Below, one piece after another: positions 12,659-24,830 of a stretch of DNA of 64,000 nucleotides (the first letter of the stretch is position 1; every line of letters begins with the position of its first letter). This DNA comes from Octopus sinensis (Eukaryota). The DNA lies in the NCBI RefSeq assembly GCF_006345805.1, contig NC_043007.1, forward strand, positions 28,830,001 to 28,894,000, written 5' to 3'. The notes under the pieces are model-generated. The model saw nothing but the letters and a program-made list of their open reading frames with translations. It made no database searches and was not told the DNA's origin. The position numbers and the translations under genes were made by a program.

Positions 12659-13980
12659 CATCATCATTTAATTTTTGTTGTCCATGCTGGCACGGGTTGG
12701 ATAGTTTGACTGGGCTGGCATGCTGGAAGGCTGTGCCAGGCTCCATTCTGACTTGGCATGATCTTCTACAGCTGCATGCCCTTCCTAACGCCAACCACTC
12801 CAAGAGTGTAATGGGTGTTTTTACATGCCATTGGTACTGGTGCCATTTGTGTGGCACCGGCATCTGCGATGACTGCGAATTTACCTAGGTGACCAAGCCA
12901 GTAGCAGGGGAGGGTGCTCTGAAAGTGTAAATGCAAGAATAAGAATAGCCTGGGCAAAGTTCAGAGAGCTCTTACCTCTGCTAGTGACAAAGGGCCTCTC
13001 GCTCACAGTGAAAGGCAGACTGTATGATGCATGTGTACGAACAGCCATGCTACATGGGCTGTGACTGCTGAGGACATGCGTAGGCTTGCAAGGAATAAAG
13101 CCAGTATGTTCCGATGGATGTGTAATGTCATTGTGCAGACATGACAGAGTGTAAGTACTTTGAGAGAAAACTTGGGCATATGAAGCATCATATGTGGTGA
13201 GAATGGATGAGGACAGCTGTGTGAAAAAGTGCTACACCCTAGCTGTTGAGGGAACATGTGGAAGAGGTAGACCCAGGAAGACCTGGGATGAGGTGGTGAA
13301 GCATGACCTTCGAACATTAGGCCTCACCGAGGCAATGACTAGTGACTAGGATCTTTGGAAATATGCTGTGCTTGAGAAGACCTGGTAAGCCAAGTGAGAC
13401 CATAACCCCGTGGGCAATGCCAGGGGTGTAACCAGCCCACTTATGTGTACCTTTCTTTCATTGGACACTAAACTCTGCTTGCGAAGACCTGTTGAGGCAA
13501 GTGAAATCAAAATCAAATTCGATGACTGGCATCCATGCCAATGAAGCGCTAAGAGCACCATCCGAGCGTGATCGTTACCAAAGCTGCAAACTGGCTTCCA
13601 TGCCGGTAGCATATCAAAAGCACCATTCGAGTGTGAACATTACCAGCGTCGCCTAACTGGCACTTGTGCCAGTGGCACGTGAAAAAACATTCGAGTGAGG
13701 TCGTTGCCAACGTCGCTGGACTGGCTCCTGTGCAGGTGGCACATAAAAAACACCATTTGAGCGTGGCCATTGCCAGTACCGCCTGATTGGCCCTCGTGCC
13801 GGTGGCATGTAAAAGAACCCACTACACTCTCGGAGTGGTTGGTGTTAGGAAGGGCATCCAGCTGTAGAAACACAGTCAGATCAGATTGGAGCCTGGTGCA
13901 GCCATCTGGTTCACCAGTCCTCAATCAAATCATCCAACCCATGCTAGCATGGAAAGCGGACGTTAAACAATGATGATGAT
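12657..13980 (+). mobile_element. RTE 3' end (12883-13980, +) fused head-to-head with an inverted 3' UTR piece (12657-12882, -)
   Basis: LGDQ..GGC SES..VKGRLYDA..LHG..GRGRPRKTWDEVV plus the family 3' UTR; (CAT)n at the left end and (GAT)n at the right end. Confidence 0.85.
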
Positions 13981-14257
13981 GAGATATATATACAACTTAA
14001 TTTGTACTCCTATGCTAAATAACTGACCAATTATATTGTAGAGATAAAAATAGCACAATTTAACTAAAAAAAAAAAAAGCAATGAAAATACCTAATTGGG
14101 AGAGAAGCATTGATAGGTGTTCTCTAGTCTCATATGTAAAGTAGTTGTCTGTGAAGCAACTGATATCTAGTTCAAGTCCCACAACAGAACCCATTTGTTT
14201 TTCTGTCTGAAATTAGGGCTAATATCAATTTACAATGCTAGCAAGTTATTCATCCAC

Positions 14258-14307
<50 letters not shown>

Positions 14308-14399
14308 TGATGATGATGATGATTTAGGCACAAGGCCAGCACTTTTGAAGGAAGAGGTTAGAGTTAGTTGATACCATCAACCCTACTATTTAACTGGTG

Positions 14400-14800
14400 T
14401 TTAGCAGCAATCTGTCCGTCTTTATGTTCTGAGTTCAAATTCTGCTGAGATTGACTTTGTCTTTCATCCTTATGGGGTCAAAAAAAGTAAGTACCAGCTG
14501 AACACTTGGGCTCATTGTAATTGACTTAGCCCCTCCCTCAAATCTGCTGGCTTTGTGTCAAAATTTGAATGCATTATTATTTTTAAAATGGCAAGCTGGC
14601 AGAGTTGCTAGTGTTGGAAAACTACCTTGTAGTATTTACTCCAGGTCTACATTTTGAGTTTAAATCCCACTGGGCTCAGCTTCATCTTCCATTCTTTTGA
14701 GATCGACAAAATAAAGTACCAATCATGTACTGAGGTCAAATACAATCAGTTAATCCTTCACCCCAAATCCCTAGCTTTGTGCCTAATTTAAAACCATTAT
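14400..14800 (+). mobile_element. SINE family with a GTTCAAATTC..GACTTTG(C/T)CTTTCATCCT core and (TTA)n tail (tandem copies)
   Basis: The same core recurs at about 18.1 and 43.9 kb (+) and at 8.2, 19.7 and 54.7 kb (-). Confidence 0.8.
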
Positions 14801-17092
14801 TCTTATTATTTATCATCCAATCCATTCCAGGATAAACTTGGTAAATATTTGAAGAGTAATAAATCTCAAATATCATTAATATACTGAAAACATATTTCTG
14901 TAGATATCTTTTGGTTTCTCAGCTGTAAAAACAACAAAGCTATTAGCAGCAGCAGCAGTATTTTATGAAGAGAAGTTGCTGTTATCTCAACAGGATAACT
15001 AGTAATGTCTGTTTGAAATAAAACTCAATTGAAAATATTCTGCTCATTCCTGTCATTTTCAAAGAAAATATTGCAACAAGATTTTAAGATTTGCATCTTA
15101 GTAAAATCCATAATTTCCTCCCTGTTTGACTAAGATTTGAATCTATCAAACCCATCTTTGTTATCATTCTACATTTATCTGTCTGCTATGCTGGCATCAG
15201 TTTGGATGTCAGCACCTTACCATTTGTTTCAGTTCTTTGTCATCATTTCAGACACACAATAACACCAGAAACCATTAGCTTTTGTTCTAAACCACATCAC
15301 GTGTTTATTGGAATGTTCTCCATGGCCCAACTCCCTCTCCATTACCAACCATTTTTTACCATCTTGCAGACGATACTGATGCAATGCGTTATGATACTGA
15401 CAGTAAAAAGTTTGTTCTTCCCTTGCGAGTCCCATCTTTTCTGGTGAAATATATTTATTAAGAAAGTGACACAAAAAAAAAAAAAAAAAAAAAGAAAAGA
15501 GACAACGCAGGAGGCACAAGTTTTAACAAATGTTGTATTGATTTGATTCTTGATCAGAAGCAAAAATAGGGAAGGAAAAATAAAAGAAGAGAATTCATTG
15601 TCATGATGATGAGAGTGAATAAGAGAAAGTTGTTGGAAGAAAGAAAGTGAAGGAGTTAGTGGCAGGTGGGAATGTGGTTCTATGAAGGGACATTAAGAAC
15701 GGAGGAGGAGGCATGTATAAGATGGTATCAGTGTTTAGAGATGGGCATCAGGTGAGGTGTGTGTGATGGTGGTATGGAGCACATGTGGTTTCTTGGATGT
15801 GTGGAGGTGTGCATATATGGCAGTGTAATGGTGTGGGAGAGTGGGGATGTGAAAGGATGGTCTGCAGGTGTAATAATATTGTATGCGAGAGGAAGGTGTG
15901 GAGGGAAGGAGGAGGTGGTAGGTGCAAGTGTGAGGTGAAAGGAAAGATAAAAGGAACATAGTATTTAAGAAAAAACACTGATGTGATACTGTCTAAATAG
16001 TAAAAATCATAATAAATGGCAAAATAATAATACAGGTGAAAAGTGTGTGGAGGTTATATAACATGTACACAGGTATATATATGTGTGTGTGTGTGTGTGT
16101 TTGTAGAAAATAAAACTTGGTTGTTTGTATGATATTTAGTTGTATTATCTTATTTATATTTTGTTAACACAATGTGATTATTAGTTACCTAATGTAAATT
16201 ACATGAGACTAATTGTCAAATCACCAGAGATGTGTATATACAGAACATTATTGAATTGTAGAAATGTCAGCAGGATAAATCACTGCGGAGATGCAGTTAA
16301 CTCAGAGAGGCAGACTGTGTTAGTTGTATAGATTTTATACGAGAAGGGGGAAATTCACATGAAAAAATAAGGAAAAGACAGAGAAGAGATTAAACATTGC
16401 CAGAGAAATGTTTGATAGAAATAATAGACCACTTTCTAATTAATGGCTCTCTTGGGTCATTTTATCAAAGATTCTAAACAGCAATAAAGACAAGTGACCC
16501 TTCTCTCTCTTTTTTTCCACTCTGCCTTTCTTTTTCATTTCTCTCCCTCTTCCTTTTTTTAAACTCTATCCTTGTTCCCTGCTCCTTTTGTTTTCTATCT
16601 CTCTGGCTTTTGATCTTTATTTTCCTCTGAACATACTTATAAAAAATTTTGCCATGTGTCCCACTTGAAGCATTTTAACTAAATTGTTCTCCCGAAGGAT
16701 TGTTGGTATACAGCATCCAATTGCACAAGGAACAGCCGCTGCCAAGGACACAAATAACCACAACATGTGTAGGGAACAAATGACATAAACTTGTGTTTAT
16801 CTTACATTTGCTCTGAATATCATAAACAGAAACACTGCTGAGTACAGAAGTAACCAAACCACTTTACTGGAAGCAGACTGATATTCTATGTAGAGCTCTA
16901 ACTCAACAGTCACAGCTATGCATCCAACTGGACACACAAGAGATGCATGTGTGTGTGTGTGTGTAAATTCCTGTTACTTAATGGTAGTTAAAACAATGGC
17001 AATGAGTAAAAGAAAACAAACTAAATTTCGTTTTTGGATTTGATTTGCAAGATTCTTTATATGAGTTCGTGTGTTGAAGCATATTCTGTTGT

Positions 17093-17483
17093 GTCTGGGG
17101 AGTCATTTTCTTTTTGTGCCTTATAATTTAACTCATTCACTGGTAAAATTTCCACATTCCTTATTTTTATTTTCCTAAAATTTTCGTTGTGCCTTGCAAC
17201 CTTTTCAATAGTCAAGACTATTGAAAAGGTTGCAAGCAAGCTTTTGCCCTTTTGCACGACTTGTGATTTTCATCCATGCTGAGCTTGCCTTGGGACACCT
17301 GTGTTACCCTTTGACAGACATACCGCCCCAGTCAAACTCCGCAACCGACACTGTTCTCAACTATTGAAAAGGTTGCAAGACGCAACGCAAATTGTAGGAA
17401 AATAAAAATAAGAAATAAGTGGAAATTTTACCAGTGGGCATGTTAAATTATAAGGCACAAAAAGAAAATGATTCTTCCCAGAC
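17093..17483. mobile_element. Foldback/MITE-like palindromic element (about 120-bp arms)
   Basis: 17093-17212 is the near-exact reverse complement of 17360-17483. The original loop is only CAAG (17213-16). No TSD or family was recognised. Confidence 0.8.
17237..17359 (-). pseudogene. 28S (LSU) rRNA fragment from the domain V P-loop region, non-functional insertion
   Basis: Minus strand AACAGTGTCGGTTGCGGAGTTTGACTGGGGCGGTATGTCTGTCAAAGGGTAACACAGGTGTCCCAAGGCAAGCTCAG...AAAAGGGCAAAAGCTTG matches the conserved eukaryotic 28S segment. Flanked by the direct repeat ACTATTGAAAAGGTTGCAAG at 17217-36 and 17360-79. Confidence 0.9.
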
Positions 17484-18630
17484 CAAACAAACTAAAATCA
17501 GCCCCTTCCTTAGACTAATGTGTATTTTTTGTAATATCAGTGTGCCGTTATCTTTGAGACACTGACAGAATTTACCATTTCAATTAACTGCAACGATGTG
17601 TTGCACAAGAGTAGGTGCTATGTGTGCACTCCACATATCTACTGATATAAACGTATCAGATGTTTGGATTTTTCAAAGATGAAACAACTTGTTTTGTCTG
17701 GTTCCTCTCTCTTTCCCTCTTGCTCGTAGTTATTTCAGGTAATCCATTGTATCCATTGTAGAGAGCACCATTTGAGTATGGTCAATGCCACCTGATTGGC
17801 TCCCGTGCTGGTGGCACGTAAAAAGCAGCATTCGAGCGTGGTTGATGCCAGTGCTGCCTGACTGGCCCCCATGCCAGTGGCATGTAAAAAGCGCCCACTA
17901 CACTGTCAGAGTGACTGGCATTAGGAAGGGCATCTGGCTGTAGAAATTTTGCCAGATCAGATTGGGACCTGGTGCAGCTTCTTGGCTTGCCAGTCCTTAG
18001 TCAAACTGTCCAACTCATGCCAGCATGGAAAGCGGACATTAAGCAATGATGATGATGATGATATATAAATTACCTAAAGTATATTTTAATATTACTAAGG
18101 TGATAAAGGCAATGAGCTGCAAGGCAGGATGCTTCGTGGCATGTTGTGTCTTTATGTTCTGAGTTCAAATTCAACCAAGGTTGACTTTGTCTTTCATCCT
18201 TTTGGGGTCAATAAAATAAGTACCAGTTGAATACTGGGGTCAACTGAATTGACTTGGCCCCTTTCCCAAAACTGCTGGCCTTGTACCAAAATTTGAAGCC
18301 AAGATTATAATTTTGTGTTTAGTTTTTCATGCAAGTATGAGTTGAATTGTCGATTGTGATGCTTTCAGTTAAATCTTATTTGAAGATACTGCCCTCATAG
18401 ATGTGAAGGGGAAGAACCATGCCTCGCTTAAATTTGGCATAGTTTCTTTGTTGGATATCTTATATTTTATAACATAATAAGTTATAATTTTTATTTCTGT
18501 TCAAATATGATACAATTTTATTATGAAATGTTATTAGCAAACATTGTTATATGTAAGTTTTGGTGGAAAGCTGATGATTATTAAAGGTTTAAGGGGAAAA
18601 AAATAAATAAACAAAAGAGGGGGTAATAAC

Positions 18631-18769
18631 CTGATAAAGGGTTCTTAATTTCAGGTCCAGAGGCAGGTAACTCTTGCACAATTTGTCTCTTTCCTTCATC
18701 CTGTGTTGACCAACAGCAACTAGCCAGAAATTCATAACGTTTTGAGGTCTTACTATTTTCCATTTCAAC
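18631..18769 (-). CDS. LOXHD1: LOXHD1-like PLAT-repeat gene, exon C (divergent PLAT C-half)
   Basis: Acceptor ttttccttcag, weak donor gttatt; 139 nt, phase 0 to phase 1. Encodes VEMENSKTSKRYEFLASCCWSTQDEGKRQIVQELPASGPEIKNPLS. Continues exon B (LEK|VEM) and joins exon D (PLS|VVHY). Confidence 0.8.
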
Positions 18770-19894
18770 CTGAAGGAAAACAAAAATTTTGTGTATACTA
18801 TAAATGAATGTATATGTGTGTGTGTGTCAGTGTAATTATGTATAGATGTGTACATGTAATTATGTGTGTGTGTGTGTGTGTGCACATGTGCATATAAGTC
18901 TGAATTTATAAACAAGAATAGCAAGTACTTAATAGCAATGGTGACGGTGGTAGTGGACGTCAGTATTTGTTGTACGGCTGAGATTATTTGCTGTTGTTTC
19001 TCAGAGATTGTTTTCTGATTTTTCACTGAGTTTGCAAGTAAAGACTGTTTTAGAAGAGGGAGAAGGTATAATAACTGTACATAGTCTTTAAAGTGAGAAC
19101 AGGGTGAAACTATTTGGTCGGATAGTACAAAATACAACTGGCCATAAACTAGTCCTACAATATTTGGGAAGAGGAAAGACAAAGGTTACCATCAAGGACA
19201 TCAGTGATGTTGATTCATAACTCATGATCATATTTATGGAACAATATGGAAGGGGTGGTGAGTGATACAATCCCAGAGTTGTGTTCTGTAGTGAGTGCTG
19301 AGAAGAAAGTCTTAAGAATAATAAACCAGGGCTGAAAATACAGCTGTTACATGTGGTAATAAAAACATTTTAGTGTTTGCTGCCAAAAAAGCTTGAAAGA
19401 AGAAAAGTAGCAACAGAGCATGGATAATACCTTGGCATAAAACAGCACTACTCACAACTTTGGAGAGATGTTGGAGAGAATTGTCTTCATTTCCAGGAGT
19501 GAGGAGCGAGGAGATCTAGAAATTCCATCTCCAGTCACATCTGTCAGTGGCAACAAAGAAGAGAAGGAAGGGAGAATGTTCCATAGATACAACAAGGAAT
19601 TTCCTCCCAGCTGTACCGTCTCAGGTTGTCTCTATTTCCAACTCTTTCGATTGGGATAATTGCTCCATTTCTTTGAGTATAGCAGGCCAAGACTGCTATA
19701 TCAATAATAATTATAATAATAACAGATTCAAATCGACCCCAGTACTCAACTGGTACTTATTTTATCGACCTCAACAGGATAAGAGGCAAAGCTGTCGTCG
19801 GCAGGTTTTGAACTCAGGACATAAAGAAGGACAAAATGCCACTAAGCATTCTGCTGGCAGGCCAATGATTCTGCCAGCTCACTGCCTAATAATA

Positions 19895-20215
19895 ATAATG
19901 ATAAATCAATACCAGCAGATGACAACGAGTCTCTAAAAGAAATGGAGAAACTTTCAAAATACAAAGACCTGGAAATAGAGGTAACTTGGAACAAGCCACA
20001 TTCTAGGCAAGACACTATCCCTTCAATAGTACAAGCCAAAGAAAGCAATCCACAAACACAAGACAAACTCTGTATAACAAATATCTAATAAAATAAACAA
20101 CTGGCACACCAGGCACTCTACAGGCCGGATACCCAACAGAAGAACACAACTCGCATTACACACACAACACAAACACTAATACAACAAAACATTGCAGCCA
20201 TTTAGAACTGATCTT
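19895..20215 (+). mobile_element. RLE LINE endonuclease relic
   Basis: SIPADDNESLKEMEKLSKYKDLEIEV directly after a short (TAA)n. Confidence 0.6.
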
Positions 20216-20280
20216 ATTCAAGAATTTCAGTCTCAAAATAATTATCACCATTGATAATGCAATATTTTAGTGAAGTTAGA

Positions 20281-22182
20281 CATCATCATCATCATCATCG
20301 TCGTTTAACGTCCGTTCTCCATGCTAGCATGGGTTGGACGGTTCGACCGGGGTTCTGGGAAGCCAGAAGGCTGCACCAGGCTCCAGTCTAATTGGCAATG
20401 TTTCTACAGCTGGATGCCCTTCCTAACGCCAACCACTCCGTGAGTGTAGTGGGTGCTTTTTACGTGCCACCTGCACAGGTGCCAGGCGGGGCTGGCAACG
20501 GCCACGGTCAGATTGGTGTATTTTATGTGCCACCGGCACGGAAGCCAGTCGAGGCGGTGCTGGCATCGGCCACGAGTCGGATAGTGCTTTTTACGTACCA
20601 CCAGACCAGGGATCCTGGCTGGTTCAATTCGATTTCGATTTCGCTTGCCCCAACATGTCTTCACAAGCAAAGGGGGTTGGCAAGGGTGCCTGTCGTACGG
20701 TCGCATTGGAGTATTTTACGTGCCACAGCCACGAGTCGGATAGTGCTTTTTACGTACCACCAGACCAGGGATCCTGGCTGGTTCAATTCGATTTCGATTT
20801 CGCTTGCCCCAACATGTCTTCACAAGCAAAGGGGGTTGGCATGGGTGCCTGTCGTACGGTCGCATTGGAGTATTTTACGTGCTACGGCCCCGAGTCGGAT
20901 AGTGCTTTTTACGTACCACCAGGCCAGGGATCCTGGCTGGTTCAATTCGGTTTCGATTTCGCTTGCCCCAACATGTCTTCGCAAGCATGGGGGGTTGGGA
21001 TGGGTGTCTGTCGTCGGATGAGGTTCTATATCGACTTCGCTTGCCTCAACCGGTCTTTGTGTCCAAGGGAGGAAAGGTATTCATAAGTGGGCTGGGCTCA
21101 CTTGTCCTGCCTGGTCTTCTCACGTACAGAATATTTCCAAGGTCTCGGTCTCTGGTCATTTCCTCAGTGAGGCCTAAAGTTCGAAGGTCGTGCTTCACCA
21201 CCTCGTCCCAGGTTTTCCTGGGTCTACCTCTTCCACGGGTTCCCTCAACTGCTAGGGATTGGCACTTTCTCACACACCTATCTTCATCCATTCTCGCCAC
21301 ATGACCATACCAGCGCAATCGTCTCTCTTGCACACCACAACTGATGCTTCTTAGGTACAACATTTCTCTCAAGGTGCTAACGCTCTGTCGAGTATGTACA
21401 CTGACATTACACATCCATCGGAGCATACTGGCTTCATTCCTCACGAGCTTACGCATGTCCTCAGCAGTCACAGCCCATGTTTCGCTGCCATGTAGCATGG
21501 CTGTTCGTACACACGCATCATACAGTCTGCCTTTTACTCTGAGCGAGAGGCCTTTAGTCACCAGCAGAGGTAAGAGCTCCCTAAACTTTGCCCAGGCTAT
21601 TCTTATTCTAGCAGTTACACTTTCAGCGCACCCACCCCCACTACTGACTTGGTCACCTAGATAACGGAAGCTATCAACTACTTCTAGTTTTTCCCCCTGG
21701 AGAGTGACGGAAGTTGTTTTCTGCAGATTTTCGGAGGTTAATGCTCCCGAGCATCTGCCACATACAAAAACTATCTTCCCAGTTAGCCTACCTTTGACAT
21801 TGCTGCACCTCTTATGTGTTCATAGCTTACACTGGGTACATCTTATAGAGTTTCTACCTACACCTTTTCTACAGATCGAGCAGGGCCATCTTCCTGAAGA
21901 TATTTGTGGATTGTCTACCTTTCTACTTATTAGTACTTTGGTTTTAGCTAGGTTGACTCTAAGGCCCCTTGATTCTAAACCCTCCTTCCACACCTGGAAC
22001 TTCTCCTCCAGTTCTGATAGTGACTCAGCAATAAGAGCAAGGTCGTCAGCGTAGAGGAGCTCCCAGGGACAGCCTGTCTTGAATTCCTCCGTAATTGCCT
22101 GGAGTACTATGATAAATAGGAGGGGGCTGAGTACTGAACCCTGGTGGACCCCAACCTCTACTTTGAATTCTTCTGTGTACAT
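20281..22182 (-). mobile_element. RTE-clade LINE, young 5'-truncated copy with 3' UTR and (GAT)n tail
   Basis: RT motifs VGVHQGSVLSPLLF and LLYADDL (ORF 21820-22182); C-terminal ORF 21046-21561; a TGG>TGA stop at about 21820; CpGs are retained. Confidence 0.95.
20571..21010. repeat. 159-bp tandem triplication inside an RTE 3' UTR
   Basis: Units begin at 20571, 20730 and 20889 (CACGAGTCGGATAGTGC..). Confidence 0.92.
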
Positions 22183-23535
22183 CAGTGATGCAAAGTGTTA
22201 GGGAGACATCACATTTTATTTAATTAAAACAACATTAGATGACTTCTTTAAGTTCAATAATTCACTAAGCTAATAAGGATTAACTCCAGCATGGCCATAT
22301 CATAATATTCAAAACCAATACAGGAATACAAACTTTCCCTGCTATCAGGCATAAAACATTATTTTTGTCATTATTTTTATTATTAGGGTCAGATAACAAA
22401 AACCCAAAAGTTATTTATTAGCAACTTAGTTTCATGTATTTGGGCCTGTTGAGCCCAGTATATAACTGGTTGTATTGATGTCAATTCATTGCTGAAATTT
22501 TCATTGGCCCTGGAAGGTTGAAATGTCAAGTTGCTCTGTATCTCTGTCAAAATGAAATTCTGTTTAGTTTGCTTTTGGGAAATAAACTATATTTATTATT
22601 AATAGATGAAAAGAAATTGGGGCAACTGGTTTATTTAAAAACTTTGTGATGTCTAGATGTTTATATTTGAGAGACAAAAATGTTAACATCACTGAATGAA
22701 TTTTAGACAAAAAAAAAATCACCTCTGTTGTACCAGCTTTCAACACAAAATGGAGAGAGAAAAAGAAGGAAAGGATAAGCTTATATTTTAGAAAATAAAA
22801 AAAAATTTTTTTTATTGGAATTCTTGTGGTTTATTCTGAAATTCATTGTTGCACTGTGGCATCATTACCATTTTGGTAAATATTAGAAACAATGCGCAAA
22901 TGGTGTTTCTGTTCATTTTTCATCTCTTCAGTTGCAGAACTACAGGTATGGCCGCGTACACCCTGGTTCAATCCCAATATAGAGCATTTTGGTTAAGTAT
23001 CTTTTGCCACAGTCTGAACCTGACACAAGCTTCAGGTGAGAAACTAGCGAAATGAAAACTGTGTAATAAAACTATTATTTCCAACTGACACTAACAGCTT
23101 TGTTGACATTGATTATTATTGGACATTTAAAACAGGAAGGGGCAGTGGCCACCATCACTGAATGATTTCCCAGGAGCTAATAATGTGCTTGATCAGGTTA
23201 TCCTTATTTTCAGTTTAGAATTAAAAGGAATCAAAAAACATTGAAGACCAGCACCAATGCCAAACGCTCTTTCCTCCAGAGTTTTAAATGTTAGTTTGCA
23301 GAAAGAGAAAAATCTACAAATGTGAAAAGAAAGAAAAAGATCTTTTTCCTCTCCAGAATGTTGTCTCTCGGGTCTTTTGTCTCTGCCCATGTTTTACCTG
23401 TTGTCATCAAACAGCAACTATTCAAAAGTAATACTGTGTCAATCCTTCTGCTGTCTGAGTGCCTGTAATGGTCACTACAGCAGTCTCTCCTTCAAACTAT
23501 AACAACAGAAAAATAATAAATAAATAAATAAGTAC

Positions 23536-23783
23536 CTTTTCTAAAGGATAACCAGAGAAAGTGCCAGAGTTATCATGCCAAATTCTGATTTTGTAGAGAG
23601 TTCCAATGTCTGCTGTGGCTATTTCAAATTTGTAAGTTTGTCCTCCTTTGAAACCTATCTTTCTGTTGGACAAAAGTATTTCATTTGACTTCCCTTTCAA
23701 ACCATATACAACAACTGAAATAGTAGAATCAGGCCTTGCTCTTGTGCTCTCACTTGTTGACACCCACAAAAACCAACGTTGTT
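23536..23783 (-). CDS. LOXHD1: LOXHD1-like PLAT-repeat gene, exon B (divergent PLAT N-half)
   Basis: Acceptor ctttatttcag, donor gtactt; 248 nt, phase 1 to phase 0. Encodes QRWFLWVSTSESTRARPDSTISVVVYGLKGKSNEILL...DIGTLYKIRIWHDNSGTFSGYPLEK (overlaps ORF 23497-23769). Confidence 0.85.
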
Positions 23784-23896
23784 CTGAAATAAAGTTTAAA
23801 AATTTACCAAGTTCTTATCAAAATACATGTAAGCTTGAAAACATTAGGGTTTTATAAATAAGCCCAACACATGCAGGTATGGAAAAGTGAATGTTA

Positions 23897-24290
23897 TGAG
23901 GATAAGTCAAAAATTATATGCACTCTTGTCTCTGTAATTTATTAGAAAATAAAAACAAGGGTTGAACAATTACATCTTCTTTTTTGACATAGACTCCTTG
24001 CTTTTCGATGCACTTCTTCCAGTGGTCCATAAACTTGCTCATCCCATTGGAGAAGAATGTTTCCAGTTGGTCGCACAGGCATTTATGCATCACTTCCTAC
24101 ACTTCTTTGTCTGTAGAAAATTGACAACCTCATAAAGGATGTTTGCAGAATCCAGGGAGATGATAGTCAGAAGGGGCCTGATCTGGACTGTATGTAGGGT
24201 TTTCCAGCAAATCAAAAGCCAATTTTTCAATGGTTGTAATGGTTTGGGCAATGGAATGTGGACAGGCATTGTAGCACAACACAAACACTG
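23897..24290 (-). mobile_element. Mariner 3' fragment
   Basis: YNACPH..LENPTYSPDQAPSDYHL..WKKCIEKQGVYV on the minus strand; TIR-like TA-TGAGGATAAGTCAAAAA at the left end. Confidence 0.8.
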
Positions 24291-24369
24291 GAATAGACAA
24301 TAGACCTTGGTGTTTGGTGTGAACTGCTGGTTTCAGTGGTGTTGGCCAGCATTTCACTGTAGCCTACGC

Positions 24370-24830
24370 TGGTGACTGGAAACCCCTTTTCCAGGTAATG
24401 TCCCAGTATAGGCATTGGTTCTACTTCCTCACTTAGAGACCCAGTAAGAATAACTGCATCATTAGCAAAATCCAGATCAATAATCCCAGTTTTATCGAGT
24501 GCTCTGCAATTCAGTTGAGCCACGATTTGTCCAAGTATCCAATCCATGCAGACACTGAACAGAGTGGGAGTCAAAACACAACCCTTAATGGACCCAATAT
24601 CGAACTAGGGAATAAGTCAGATGTTGATCCCCCCAGTTTCAACTGTGCTCACTGTTCCAGTGCCTACAATAGAGACAGACTAAAGAACACAGGAAGCCAA
24701 CTAAAGAACACAGGCAGAGGTTTTTGCAAGGGTTACTTGCAGCTTATGGCGACCTCCACAAGGAGTTTGGTTCAGTGGACAGGGATGTGCTCTGGAGGAT
24801 TCTGGAGCTGCAAGGTATACTTCTCTGACT
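24370..24830 (-). mobile_element. RTE RT fragment
   Basis: TPTLFSVCMDWILG..DLDFANDAVI (ORF 24227-24574), a decayed F/YADD motif. Confidence 0.75.

Noticed and set aside
15221-15440. Minus-strand exon-like segment with a good acceptor and GTAAGG donor
   Set aside because: All three frames contain stops, there is no clear PLAT motif, and exons C and D already join in frame without it.
22932-23035. Two plus-strand micro-exon-like segments (14 and 23 nt) with AG/GT consensus
   Set aside because: There is no coding or homology support, and such sites arise by chance in AT-rich DNA.
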